Assembly: GCA_037440625.1 (NCBI GenBank)
Contig: JBBITT010000002.1
Coordinates: 22,837 to 86,836, forward strand
Direction: 5' to 3'
Source of the DNA: Chloroflexota bacterium
GTDB lineage: Bacteria; Chloroflexota; Anaerolineae; UBA4142
DNA: 64,000 nt
Below, piece by piece: positions 8,601-16,921 of this stretch. The position numbers were made by a program, and so were the translations under genes. How positions within the stretch are numbered: the stretch's first letter is position 1; each line of letters starts with the position of its first letter. The notes under the pieces are model-generated. The model ran no database searches. It was not told where the DNA came from and worked only from the letters and a program-made list of their open reading frames with translations.

Positions 8601-10072
8601 TTCCCAACATTCTCTCGCTTCTCATTATTCTCCCGCTCGTCGGCGCGCTAATTCTGTTGTTCTTGCCGCGCCAATCGGAAAAGGCAATCCGATGGCTCGC
8701 GCTCATCACGACATTGCTTGAATTTGTCGTCAGCGTTGTCTTGTTCTTGAATTTCCGCGCCTCTGCCGATTTGCAATTTGTCGAACGGGTCGCGTGGATT
8801 CCGCAGCTGGGTATCTCATGGTCTCTCGCGGTGGATGGCTTGAGCATCTTGCTCGTGATGCTCACCACGTTCTTGATGATCATCGCGATTGGTGGCTCCT
8901 GGGTCGGCATCACCGAGCGCGTCAAAGAGTATCACGTCTTTTTCCTCTTGCTCCAATCGGCGATGATTGGTGTGTTTGTGGCGTTCGATTTGTTCCTGTT
9001 TTACATCTTTTGGGAATTTACGCTCATCCCCATGGCGTTCCTCATTGGCATTTGGGGACACGGGCGCAAAGTGTACGCCGCCATCAAATTTATTTTGTTC
9101 ACGATGTTTGGCTCGACCTTGATGCTCGTTGCGTTGCTCGCGCTGGTGTTCACGCAACGCGATGTGACCGGCACGCTTTCCTTCGCCCTGACCGATGTTT
9201 TGAAAACGCCGGTGCCGTTGGGCTTGCAACCGATTTTGTTCGCCGCGTTCGCGCTCGCGTTCGCGATCAAAGTGCCAATGTTCCCATTCCACACGTGGCT
9301 GCCCGACGCGCACGTGGAAGCGCCGACGGCGGGCAGTGTGATCCTTGCCGGTGTTTTGCTCAAGATGGGCACGTACGGTTTCATTCGATTCTGTTTGCCA
9401 CTGTTCCCGGAAGCCGCAAAATCGTTTGCACCCTTGATGATCGTGCTGGCGATCATCGGCATTATTTACGGCGCGATTGTGTCCATTGTGCAACGCGATG
9501 TGAAATCGCTCGTGGCGTTCTCTAGCGTGTCGCATCTTGGGTTTGTGATGTTGGGTTTGTTTGCCTTCAACGCGCAAGGGTTGAGCGGTGGTATTTTGCA
9601 AATGATCAATCACGGTCTTTCAACCGGCGCGCTGTTCTTGCTCGTTGGGATGTTGTACGAACGCCGGCATACGCGCCTCATCGCCGATTTTGGTGGCATT
9701 GCCAAGGTGATGCCGATCTACGCCGCGTTCATGCTCATCGTCATGTTCTCATCGGTCGGCTTGCCCGGCTTGAATGGTTTCGTCGGCGAATTTTTGATTC
9801 TCGTTGGCGCATTCCAGATGAATGTGTGGTACGCGGCGTTTGCTGCCACCGGCGTCGTCCTCTCTGCCGTTTATTTGCTGTGGATGTATCAACGCGTGAT
9901 GAATGGACCCATTACGCACGACGAAAACAAAGCGTTGCCCGATTTGTCGGTGCGCGAAATTGTGTTGCTGGTTGCCTTGGTCGTGTTCATCGTTTGGATT
10001 GGTGTCTATCCCAAGACGTTCTTGGATCCGATTCAGGCGAGTGTGATGCAATTGTTGAGCGTAGTCAAATAA
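8597..10072 (+). CDS. nuoM: NADH-quinone oxidoreductase subunit M
   Basis: Contains ..[30 protein letters not shown].., a ND4/NuoM signature. ATGA overlap with nuoL. Confidence 0.92.
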   Translation: MIPNILSLLIILPLVGALILLFLPRQSEKAIRWLALITTLLEFVVSVVLFLNFRASADLQFVERVAWIPQLGISWSLAVDGLSILLVMLTTFLMIIAIGGSWVGITERVKEYHVFFLLLQSAMIGVFVAFDLFLFYIFWEFTLIPMAFLIGIWGHGRKVYAAIKFILFTMFGSTLMLVALLALVFTQRDVTGTLSFALTDVLKTPVPLGLQPILFAAFALAFAIKVPMFPFHTWLPDAHVEAPTAGSVILAGVLLKMGTYGFIRFCLPLFPEAAKSFAPLMIVLAIIGIIYGAIVSIVQRDVKSLVAFSSVSHLGFVMLGLFAFNAQGLSGGILQMINHGLSTGALFLLVGMLYERRHTRLIADFGGIAKVMPIYAAFMLIVMFSSVGLPGLNGFVGEFLILVGAFQMNVWYAAFAATGVVLSAVYLLWMYQRVMNGPITHDENKALPDLSVREIVLLVALVVFIVWIGVYPKTFLDPIQASVMQLLSVVK

Positions 10073-10077
10073 CATCT

Positions 10078-10105
10078 GTCATTGCTTCGCTATGCTCGCA
10101 ATGAC
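10078..10105. repeat. Mini copy of the GTCATTGC...GCAATGAC palindromic element (family A)
   Basis: GTCATTGC ttcgctatgctc GCAATGAC, between the nuoM stop and the nuoN start. It creates the spurious MLRYARNDN N-terminal extension of the nuoN ORF. Confidence 0.6.
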
Positions 10106-10120
10106 AATCGAAAACCGAAA

Positions 10121-11557
10121 ATGAACCTAACTATTCCTGACTTGAATCTAAGCATCCTCGCTCCCGCGCTGATCGTTACGATCACCGCCTTGCTCGTCTT
10201 GCTCGGCGAGTTGTTCACATCGCCGGCGCGCAAACGCTGGCTCGGCTTTGCAAGTTTGATCGGTTTGCTCATTGCGGCGGGCGCAACGATCGGTTTGTGG
10301 GGCGCAAACACCGCGGCATTCAGCCAAATGATCGTCGCCGACAATTTTGGTTTGTTTCTCACGCTCGTCATTCTTATCGGCGCGGCGTTGAGTATTTTGT
10401 TGGCGATTGATTTTGTACGCGCGCATCGCGTAGATCAGGGCGAGTATTACGCGCTCCTGTTGTTTGCCGTGGTTGGAATGATTTTGATGGCGACCGCGAC
10501 CGATCTCATCGTCATCTTTCTCGCGCTAGAATTACTCTCCTTGCCATTGTACATTCTCGCTGCATTCAAACGTGAAGATGGACACTCGCTCGAAGCGGGG
10601 TTGAAATACTTTTTGCTTGGCGCGTTTTCCTCCGCGTTTTTCCTGTATGGCATTGCGTTCCTCTTTGGCGCGACCGGCACAACCAACGTGAGCAAGATCA
10701 TGGCGGCGGTCAAACCCGGGAACGATTGGTTACTCATCGGTGCCGGATTGTTGCTCGTTGGCTTTGCGTTCAAAGTCGCGCTTGTGCCGTTTCATTGGTG
10801 GACGCCTGATGTGTACGAAGGTGCGCCCACGGCAGTTACCGCGTTTATGAGCGTCGCGGTCAAAGCGGCGGCGTTCGGCGCATTCTTCCGCGCGTTTCTC
10901 GTTGCGTTACCCAGTATCTCGATGGATTGGCAAATACTGCTCGCCATCCTCGCGCTGTTAACGATGACGCTGGGCAACGTTGCCGCGTTGCTTCAATCAA
11001 ACATCAAGCGAATGTTGGCATACTCGAGCATCGCGCACGCGGGCTATATTCTGATCGCGCTCGTTGCGATGGGGGCGAATGGCACGTCATCCGCTTTGTT
11101 TTATTTGTTGGCGTACACGCTGACGAACCTTGGTGCGTTTGGCGCAGTGATCGCGTTAAGCGATGGTGCGCGCGAACGCCTTGAAGTGAACGATTATGCG
11201 GGCGCGGCGTCTCAACAACCGTTCATCGCGGCGGCGTTTGCCATCTGTTTGTTCTCGCTTGCCGGCTTTCCACCGCTCGCCGGGTTCGTTGGCAAGTTTT
11301 TGATTTTCAGCGCGGCGGTCGAAAATGGTTGGACGTGGCTTGCCGTCATTGGCGTGTTGAACAGTTTGGTGTCGGTGTACTTTTATGTGCGTCCCATCGT
11401 GCAAATGTATATGAACGAAGCCAAGCCGGGTTGGGACAAGATTCGCGTGGATGTGTTTGTAACGATTGCGTTGATCATCGCGGTGGTCGGCGTGATTGCG
11501 CTGGGCGTGTTCCCCGCACCGACGCTGGCCCTCGCCAGCGGTGGGTTGTTCCGATAA
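10121..11557 (+). CDS. nuoN: NADH-quinone oxidoreductase subunit N
   Basis: Contains ..FHWWTPDVYEGAPTAVTAFMS.., a ND2/NuoN signature. ATG 10121 was chosen because the upstream part of the ORF is repeat-derived. Confidence 0.9.
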   Translation: MNLTIPDLNLSILAPALIVTITALLVLLGELFTSPARKRWLGFASLIGLLIAAGATIGLWGANTAAFSQMIVADNFGLFLTLVILIGAALSILLAIDFVRAHRVDQGEYYALLLFAVVGMILMATATDLIVIFLALELLSLPLYILAAFKREDGHSLEAGLKYFLLGAFSSAFFLYGIAFLFGATGTTNVSKIMAAVKPGNDWLLIGAGLLLVGFAFKVALVPFHWWTPDVYEGAPTAVTAFMSVAVKAAAFGAFFRAFLVALPSISMDWQILLAILALLTMTLGNVAALLQSNIKRMLAYSSIAHAGYILIALVAMGANGTSSALFYLLAYTLTNLGAFGAVIALSDGARERLEVNDYAGAASQQPFIAAAFAICLFSLAGFPPLAGFVGKFLIFSAAVENGWTWLAVIGVLNSLVSVYFYVRPIVQMYMNEAKPGWDKIRVDVFVTIALIIAVVGVIALGVFPAPTLALASGGLFR

Positions 11558-11568
11558 TTCACGACCAA

Positions 11569-11628
11569 AGACGGAGGACGAACGACGGAACGTACCGCAT
11601 CCGTCTTCCGGCCTCCGTCTTTTTATTT
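11569..11628 (+). terminator. Intrinsic terminator after nuoN, built from GACGGAN heptamers
   Basis: AGACGGAGG (11569-11577) pairs with CCTCCGTCT (11612-11620), with an inner GACGGA/TCCGTC stem, followed by TTTTATTT. Confidence 0.7.
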
Positions 11629-11637
11629 GGAGTGAAG

Positions 11638-12084
11638 ATGAATCAAGATGATGTCATTCATCTGATCAAAAATTCCAAAGAACCGCGCGATGTTTTGTTG
11701 GATCGCGTTGCCGCGTTACTCAAGGAAAATTTCTCGCACTATACCGGCGTTTACATCTATCTCCTCGAAGGTGAAACGTTGGTGTTACATTCGTATCGCG
11801 GTCGTCCCACCGAACACACTCACATTCCGATTGGTGCCGGCATTTGCGGTCGTGCGGCGCGCCTCAAAGACACGGTGATCGTGGATGATGTGAACAGCGA
11901 TGCCGAGTATATCGCGTGTAGTCTGGAGACGCGGAGCGAAATCGTCGTGCCGATTATGCGCGGGGATCGCGTGTTGGGCGAGATTGATATTGACAGCGAT
12001 GTGCCGGCAGCGTTCTCGGAATCGGATCGAATATTCTTGCAGGAGGTTGCGCGCGCGTTGGCGATGCACTGGGACGCCAATTAA
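11638..12084 (+). CDS. GAF-domain protein, free methionine-(R)-sulfoxide reductase-like
   Basis: Contains ..IPIGAGICGRAA..TVIVDDVNSDAEYIACS..SEIVVPI..GEIDIDSD..F, close to the fRMsr/YebR pattern. ATG 11638 comes after the terminator; the upstream ORF part was rejected. Confidence 0.75.
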   Translation: MNQDDVIHLIKNSKEPRDVLLDRVAALLKENFSHYTGVYIYLLEGETLVLHSYRGRPTEHTHIPIGAGICGRAARLKDTVIVDDVNSDAEYIACSLETRSEIVVPIMRGDRVLGEIDIDSDVPAAFSESDRIFLQEVARALAMHWDAN

Positions 12085-12109
12085 CATAAGCCCGATTTTT
12101 CGCATCCGC

Positions 12110-12139
12110 TTGACAAATCATTATCAGTTGTGGTAAACT
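12110..12139 (+). promoter_or_regulatory. Candidate extended -10 promoter upstream of tRNA-Lys/rnpB
   Basis: TTGACA (12110-12115), an 18-nt spacer ending in TGg, then TAAACT (12134-12139). Confidence 0.45.
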
Positions 12140-12176
12140 TGCCCACGCAAACGGAGAGAACGCTGCCAACCGTTGC

Positions 12177-12205
12177 GGCGTGATTCAACTCACGCCAATT
12201 TTTAT
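12177..12205 (+). terminator. Terminator-like hairpin between the candidate promoter and tRNA-Lys
   Basis: GGCGTGA (12177-12183) pairs with TCACGCC (12190-12196), followed by AATTTTTAT. Confidence 0.4.
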
Positions 12206-12231
12206 GCCTGATGCACGTTAAAATTTTATAT

Positions 12232-12304
12232 GGGGCGGTAGCTCAATTGGCAGAGCAACAGCCTTTTAAGCTGTGGGTTCAGGGTTCGATTCCCTGCCGC
12301 CTCA
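12232..12304 (+). tRNA. tRNA-Lys (anticodon UUU)
   Basis: Hand-folded cloverleaf. Acceptor GGGGCGG/CCGCCUC, anticodon stem ACAGC/GCUGU with loop CUUUUAA, T-arm GGTTCGATTCC. No encoded CCA. Confidence 0.9.
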
Positions 12305-12306
12305 TC

Positions 12307-12701
12307 TGATTGGCAAGCAAGTGATCCGTCGCTCACGCAAGTGAGAGGAACTTCCCGACTCCCGGTTTCTTGCTGTGGCAAGAAGCACGGTTGCCTCACG
12401 AAACCACAAGTGAGGGCACACGCCGAGTCATCGGCGTGTGACGACAACTGCAACAGAGAGTAGGTCCGCTCGCGCAAGCGAGTGAGGAGTGCAACGGTGG
12501 GGTAAGCGCCCACCAGCGTCGTTGGTAACAGCGGCGGCTAGGTGAATGTCCAACTGGGAGCAAGGCGGGTGGGATCAACTTGCGATCAAGCCGGTTGATT
12601 CCCGTCGCAGTGGCAATGCGCGAAAGTGTAATTGCCACCGCGCCACGCGCGAGACAGATGACGGACAAAACAGAATCGGGGGTACGGCTGCTTGCCAATC
12701 A
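12307..12701 (+). ncRNA. rnpB: RNase P RNA, bacterial type A
   Basis: P1 is GATTGGCAAGCA / TGCTTGCCAATC. Blocks match E. coli M1 RNA as I recall it: CUGCAACAGAGAGUAGG, GGGGUAAGCGCCCACC, GGUAACAGCGG, GGGAGCAAGG, AGAUGA..ACAAAACAGAAUCGGGGGUACGG. Confidence 0.85.
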
Positions 12702-12759
12702 CGGGGGTGTTTGGGTAAATGAATGCGGTTGTGTTCCGCTTGAATAGAAAGGAAGTCTA

Positions 12760-13092
12760 ATGCGTGCAGAGATTCTGTTCCCACACAAGAGTATTGCCTT
12801 GCTGACGAACATTCGCAATGGCAAGTGGCGCGATTTGACGAGACGCGTTGCCGCTTTGCCCGAGGATCATCCCGATAGTTTGGCGTTCGCCCTGTTAATG
12901 ATTCGGCAATGCAATTGTTTGGATTGCAATCCCGATCGGTATAAAGCATTGATGGGGTGTGCGGCGTGTGCCAAACGCACGTTGGTTGCCTACAAAGGCA
13001 CGGACGAGGGATTGCTCAAGCAGTTCCAAAAAGCGCGGGAAGAAGTGGATGATTATCTGAGAGAACATCGTCCACTGGCCGAAGCGGCGTAA
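12760..13092 (+). CDS. Hypothetical Cys-rich small protein
   Basis: 110-aa ORF with CNCLDCNPD ... GCAACAKR and a charged C-terminal helix, followed by a terminator. No family recognised. Confidence 0.5.
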   Translation: MRAEILFPHKSIALLTNIRNGKWRDLTRRVAALPEDHPDSLAFALLMIRQCNCLDCNPDRYKALMGCAACAKRTLVAYKGTDEGLLKQFQKAREEVDDYLREHRPLAEAA

Positions 13093-13096
13093 TAGC

Positions 13097-13129
13097 AAAA
13101 ACTGGGTTTCTTCAAGAAACCCGGTTTTT
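13097..13129. terminator. Bidirectional intrinsic terminator between convergent genes
   Basis: AAAAA-ct-GGGTTTC ttcaa GAAACCC-gg-TTTTT. Confidence 0.7.
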
Positions 13130-13132
13130 CGT

Positions 13133-14104
13133 TCATCGAATCATCCGCATGAAACTCTTCACCGCGCCCAGAAACGCAACGGGACATTCCTCGTGAGGCA
13201 CGTGCCCACAGTTTGGAATCACTTCCAACTTGGCATTCGGCAGATCGTTGGCTAACTGAAGGCTACGTTCTTTCGGAACAATCTTGTCATCATCGCCGGT
13301 GATGACCAACGTGAGCATCTTGAGCGATTTGATTTGACTTGCCAGTTCGGTGGGGCGGGACGACGCCGTAAACTCCCATAACGCGCGATCCCAGTTTTCG
13401 ACTTGAAGTGGTTTCAAGTACCCTTGCCAAATCTCCGGTGTGATCTTGGATGGATCGTGCCAGGCCGATTTCCCAAAATCAATGCCCCAATCTTTGATCT
13501 GGCGCGCCATCAATATTCCGATTCGTCGTCCTTGCGGTGTCGTCATCAATGGCTGATACCACATTGCTGTGCTTCCCACACCGATTGCCGGATCTACGAG
13601 AATCAGCGCCTCTACCCGGTTCGGGTGTCGTAACGCGGTCAATGCCGCAATGCTACCGCCCGCTGAATTACCCACCAGAATGGCGCGGTTGATTTTGAGC
13701 GCGTCCATCAAACCAATCAGCATATTTACTTGCGCGTCGGGTCCGTACGGCGAGTCGCCGCTCCATTCGCCGGGCATGGGACGTTGCGTCAAACCAAAGG
13801 CGGGGCGATCGTACGCGACGACGGTGCCACCGTACTCTTGTGTCAATGGTTGTCTTACCTCGCGCCACGAAAACTCGCTGGCGGCAAAACCGTGCAAGAG
13901 GATAAACACCGGCTCACTTTGGCCGGAGATTTTGTAGTGGACGTTGATGCCGTTAATGTTGATGAATCGGCTATCCGCGTCCGCCAATTTTTCCGGCGGC
14001 ACCACATTTTCTAACGGCGGAATTGGAATCAGCAACGGCACGACGATGAGCAAAGCAAGCAGAACACCTAAAACGATCAATCCGATTTTGAGAGCACGTT
14101 TCAT
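13133..14104 (-). CDS. Alpha/beta hydrolase with N-terminal membrane anchor
   Basis: HGFAAS oxyanion motif, GNSAGG nucleophile elbow, and C-terminal ..CGHVPHEE.. His. Confidence 0.85.
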   Translation of the reverse strand: MKRALKIGLIVLGVLLALLIVVPLLIPIPPLENVVPPEKLADADSRFININGINVHYKISGQSEPVFILLHGFAASEFSWREVRQPLTQEYGGTVVAYDRPAFGLTQRPMPGEWSGDSPYGPDAQVNMLIGLMDALKINRAILVGNSAGGSIAALTALRHPNRVEALILVDPAIGVGSTAMWYQPLMTTPQGRRIGILMARQIKDWGIDFGKSAWHDPSKITPEIWQGYLKPLQVENWDRALWEFTASSRPTELASQIKSLKMLTLVITGDDDKIVPKERSLQLANDLPNAKLEVIPNCGHVPHEECPVAFLGAVKSFMRMIR

Positions 14105-15036
14105 CTTTGCAACCTTTCACTCATTGCATCGAGCGCGACGATTTCATCCGCGTTCAATCGCCAACCCATCGCGCCGATATTTTCTTCGACTTGGCGTGCA
14201 TTCTTGGCACCGGGAATCGGCACGGTCCCTTTGCAGATCGTCCAATTGATTGCCACTTGGGCTGGCGTTTTACCGCCGTGCGCTTGTCCAATCTCGCGCA
14301 ACAAACCGATGAGCGGTTGAATTTGGGCGAGATACTCGCGGGTGTAACGACGATTGCGCCACCCGGGCGGCCCTTGGTCTGGGGTGTACTTGCCAGAGAG
14401 CAAGCCCATCTCCAGTGGACTGTAAGCGATGATCGTAATGTTCAATTCGCGACAGGTTTGCATCGTCCCGTTGCGTTCGATGCGTCGGTCGAGCAAACTG
14501 TACTTGAGTTGATTCGATGCCAGCGGAATGCCGCGTTGCGCCAGCGCGGTGTAGGCGCGGCGAGTCCACGCGGCGTTATAATTCGAGACACCAATCGCGC
14601 GGGTTAAGCCGGCTTTGAGTGCCTCCGCCATCCCGGTCATCCACGTCTCCGGCGCGACGGGCGGCAAGGGTTGATGAACTTGGTACAAATCCACGCGCGC
14701 GACATTCAATCGTTTGAGACTGCGTTGCAGGGCTTGAATCACGCTGGTGTAACGCAGTCGCCATGGGAACGGCATAAACTTGGTCGCAATGATCAATGTT
14801 GGATTTTTCTCGCGCACGTACGCACCGATATGTCTTTCGGAATGTCCACCGCCGTAGATTTCGGCAGTGTCAAAGAAATGAATGCCATGTGCGATCGCCG
14901 TTTCGATGGCGGCGCGTACATCGCGATCATTGTGCGTTTTGCCATAACTCCAAAATAACGTATCACCCCACGACCACGCGCCAATGCCCAGTTCGGGGAC
15001 GAATACCTCACTGGCTCCCAAACGAATTTGGTTCAT
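14101..15036 (-). CDS. Aldo/keto reductase
   Basis: Contains ..FFDTAEIYGGGHSE.. with an AKR-typical layout. ATGA overlap with the downstream hydrolase. Confidence 0.88.
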   Translation of the reverse strand: MNQIRLGASEVFVPELGIGAWSWGDTLFWSYGKTHNDRDVRAAIETAIAHGIHFFDTAEIYGGGHSERHIGAYVREKNPTLIIATKFMPFPWRLRYTSVIQALQRSLKRLNVARVDLYQVHQPLPPVAPETWMTGMAEALKAGLTRAIGVSNYNAAWTRRAYTALAQRGIPLASNQLKYSLLDRRIERNGTMQTCRELNITIIAYSPLEMGLLSGKYTPDQGPPGWRNRRYTREYLAQIQPLIGLLREIGQAHGGKTPAQVAINWTICKGTVPIPGAKNARQVEENIGAMGWRLNADEIVALDAMSERLQR

Positions 15037-15049
15037 TCCTCATCTCTCC

Positions 15050-15898
15050 CTATGATTTGGCTTGGACACAAATCACCCCTACCACACCGATGCCTACGTG
15101 GGTCCCAATGATCGGCGTAATTTCTTCGCAGATGGAGATGTTCAAGTCGGGATAGCGTTGTTGCATTTGCGCTTTCAATTCTTGTGCGCGTTCGGGAGCG
15201 CGAGCGTGGACGATCGCCATCTCTTCCAAGCGACCTAGCCGTTGAATTTGCTCCAGCATTTTTTCCATCGCCACTTGGCGTGTGCGAATACGCTCTGCAC
15301 TCACTTGACCATTGTAAACGTGTAACAAAGGTTTGACTTGGAGCAACGTTCCCAATTCTGCCACCAAACGCGATACCCGTCCGCTCCGTCTGAGGTTTTC
15401 AAGTGTGTCGAGGACGGCGAAGATGTGGGTGCGGATTACTTGATCTTTGAGCAAGGCAACGATCTCGGCGACCGAACATCCTTGCGCTGCAGCGCGTGCG
15501 GCCGTGAGCACTTGAAAACCCAGCCCCAAGGATAATTGTCGCGAATCGAAAATGGTTACCGGCACTTCGGTCGTTTCGCGCGCGGCGATCGTTGCCACAT
15601 TCAAGAGCGCGCTGAGACTGGATGCCAAATGAATGGACAGGACTTGGGTCGCGCCTTCTTGTGCCAGCCGCACATACGCCTCGTGGAACATTTCGATGCC
15701 CGGGGCGGCGGTGGTGGGCAAGGGTGCGTAGGTGGGTAGGTGGGTGTAGAATTCTTCCCGCGATAAATTTACACCATCCAGATAACTGCGTTCACCGATG
15801 TTGATGTAACACGGCAAAACGACGATGCCGTATTGCTCGGCGAGCGCAGGCGGCAAGTCGCACGTACTGTCGGTTACAATTCGAATGGTCATACTCAC
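15050..15898 (-). CDS. DegV-family fatty-acid-binding protein
   Basis: N-terminal IRIVTDSTCDLP and the overall DegV pattern. Confidence 0.85.
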   Translation of the reverse strand: MSMTIRIVTDSTCDLPPALAEQYGIVVLPCYINIGERSYLDGVNLSREEFYTHLPTYAPLPTTAAPGIEMFHEAYVRLAQEGATQVLSIHLASSLSALLNVATIAARETTEVPVTIFDSRQLSLGLGFQVLTAARAAAQGCSVAEIVALLKDQVIRTHIFAVLDTLENLRRSGRVSRLVAELGTLLQVKPLLHVYNGQVSAERIRTRQVAMEKMLEQIQRLGRLEEMAIVHARAPERAQELKAQMQQRYPDLNISICEEITPIIGTHVGIGVVGVICVQAKS

Positions 15899-15916
15899 CT
15901 CGCTTCATTGGGAGGG

Positions 15917-16837
15917 TTACTTGTAATTTATCATCAAATCGAACGCGCGGTCAAGATTGCGTTCGTCGAGTAATTCGAGGCGGTCGGTGTAGGTGTGCCA
16001 TGTTTGCTCTAGATAGTATTGATCGCTGGCACTGATTGCCACCGTATCTATGCCGTTGGCTTGAAACACGTTTGAATCGCCCAACGCGGTAAACCGTTCG
16101 TACACGACAAGGTCGGGTTGCGCGCGCAAGAGCGATTGTACGAGGCGTGCATTAGCAAGCGGATACGCCGGGCTGGGATTGAGCGTTCGACCATCGAACA
16201 CGAAATCGCCAAGCAAAGGCAACGTGAACACAAAACCCGGCATCGGCGCAGATGGACGAATTGCCAACCTGCCGCGCCCGATGTTATCGAAATTGATGAT
16301 GGTACGGATCGGAAGGTTGTTCGTACGGGCGTACTCCACAAAGGCGGTTGCGCCGCGTCGGCCGGTTTCCTCTTCACCGGTGAAAAGGAAAGCGCGATTG
16401 CCGGCATCGCCGCGGCGTATCAGTTCCTCAATCGCTGCGAGCATCACGCTCACCGCCGCCGTGTTATCCGACGCGCCTGGATACGCCGGGTCGTCGTAGA
16501 GTTTGTCATAGTGCGCGGCGAAGATCGTGTAAGGACCGGGCGCATCCAAGCGCACAAAAATGTTGGTGAGCGATGAACCCGGGATGGGAAATTCAAACAC
16601 GGTAGCACGGCTCGCCACGTGCAAGATATACATTCGTCGTTCAGCGTTGCGCCGTTGCACCAAATCGTACAGCGATGCATAGCGCCCATCGCGGCGGATG
16701 GGCTTGACATCGTTGGGATTGTACATAATCGCATCGCGCAGATAAAATACCACGCCTTCGTACAGCGAGCGCAAGTTCGGCAGAATCAACGCGGCAAGCG
16801 CGAGCAAGCCCAGCAAGAGAGTCAATCGTTTGATCAT
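15917..16837 (-). CDS. M28-family metallopeptidase (aminopeptidase-like), signal anchor
   Basis: Contains ..AAHYDK.., ..GASDNTAAVSVML.. and ..FTGEEETGRRGA.., the M28 metal ligands. Confidence 0.8.
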   Translation of the reverse strand: MIKRLTLLLGLLALAALILPNLRSLYEGVVFYLRDAIMYNPNDVKPIRRDGRYASLYDLVQRRNAERRMYILHVASRATVFEFPIPGSSLTNIFVRLDAPGPYTIFAAHYDKLYDDPAYPGASDNTAAVSVMLAAIEELIRRGDAGNRAFLFTGEEETGRRGATAFVEYARTNNLPIRTIINFDNIGRGRLAIRPSAPMPGFVFTLPLLGDFVFDGRTLNPSPAYPLANARLVQSLLRAQPDLVVYERFTALGDSNVFQANGIDTVAISASDQYYLEQTWHTYTDRLELLDERNLDRAFDLMINYK

Positions 16838-16845
16838 CGGGGATG

Positions 16846-16888
16846 AAAAATAACAGACCTTCGCGTTTGCGTCAAACGCGAAGGTCTG
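16846..16888 (-). terminator. Intrinsic terminator after the aminotransferase gene
   Basis: 15-bp perfect stem CAGACCTTCGCGTTT/AAACGCGAAGGTCTG, followed on the minus strand by TTATTTTT. Confidence 0.75.
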
Positions 16889-16921
16889 GGAGTTGGATCG
16901 CCAAGCGATAAAAGCCGGGGG

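Noticed and set aside
12226-12949. Several 95-124-aa minus-strand ORFs across the tRNA-Lys / rnpB region
   Set aside because: The region is fully explained by a tRNA and a type A RNase P RNA with conserved blocks and a P1 stem. The ORFs have no SD and no protein-like features.
12232-13132. tRNA-Lys as an integration hotspot for a genomic island
   Set aside because: No integrase, direct repeat of the tRNA 3' end, or foreign-looking gene block follows. The next features are rnpB and ordinary housekeeping-type genes.
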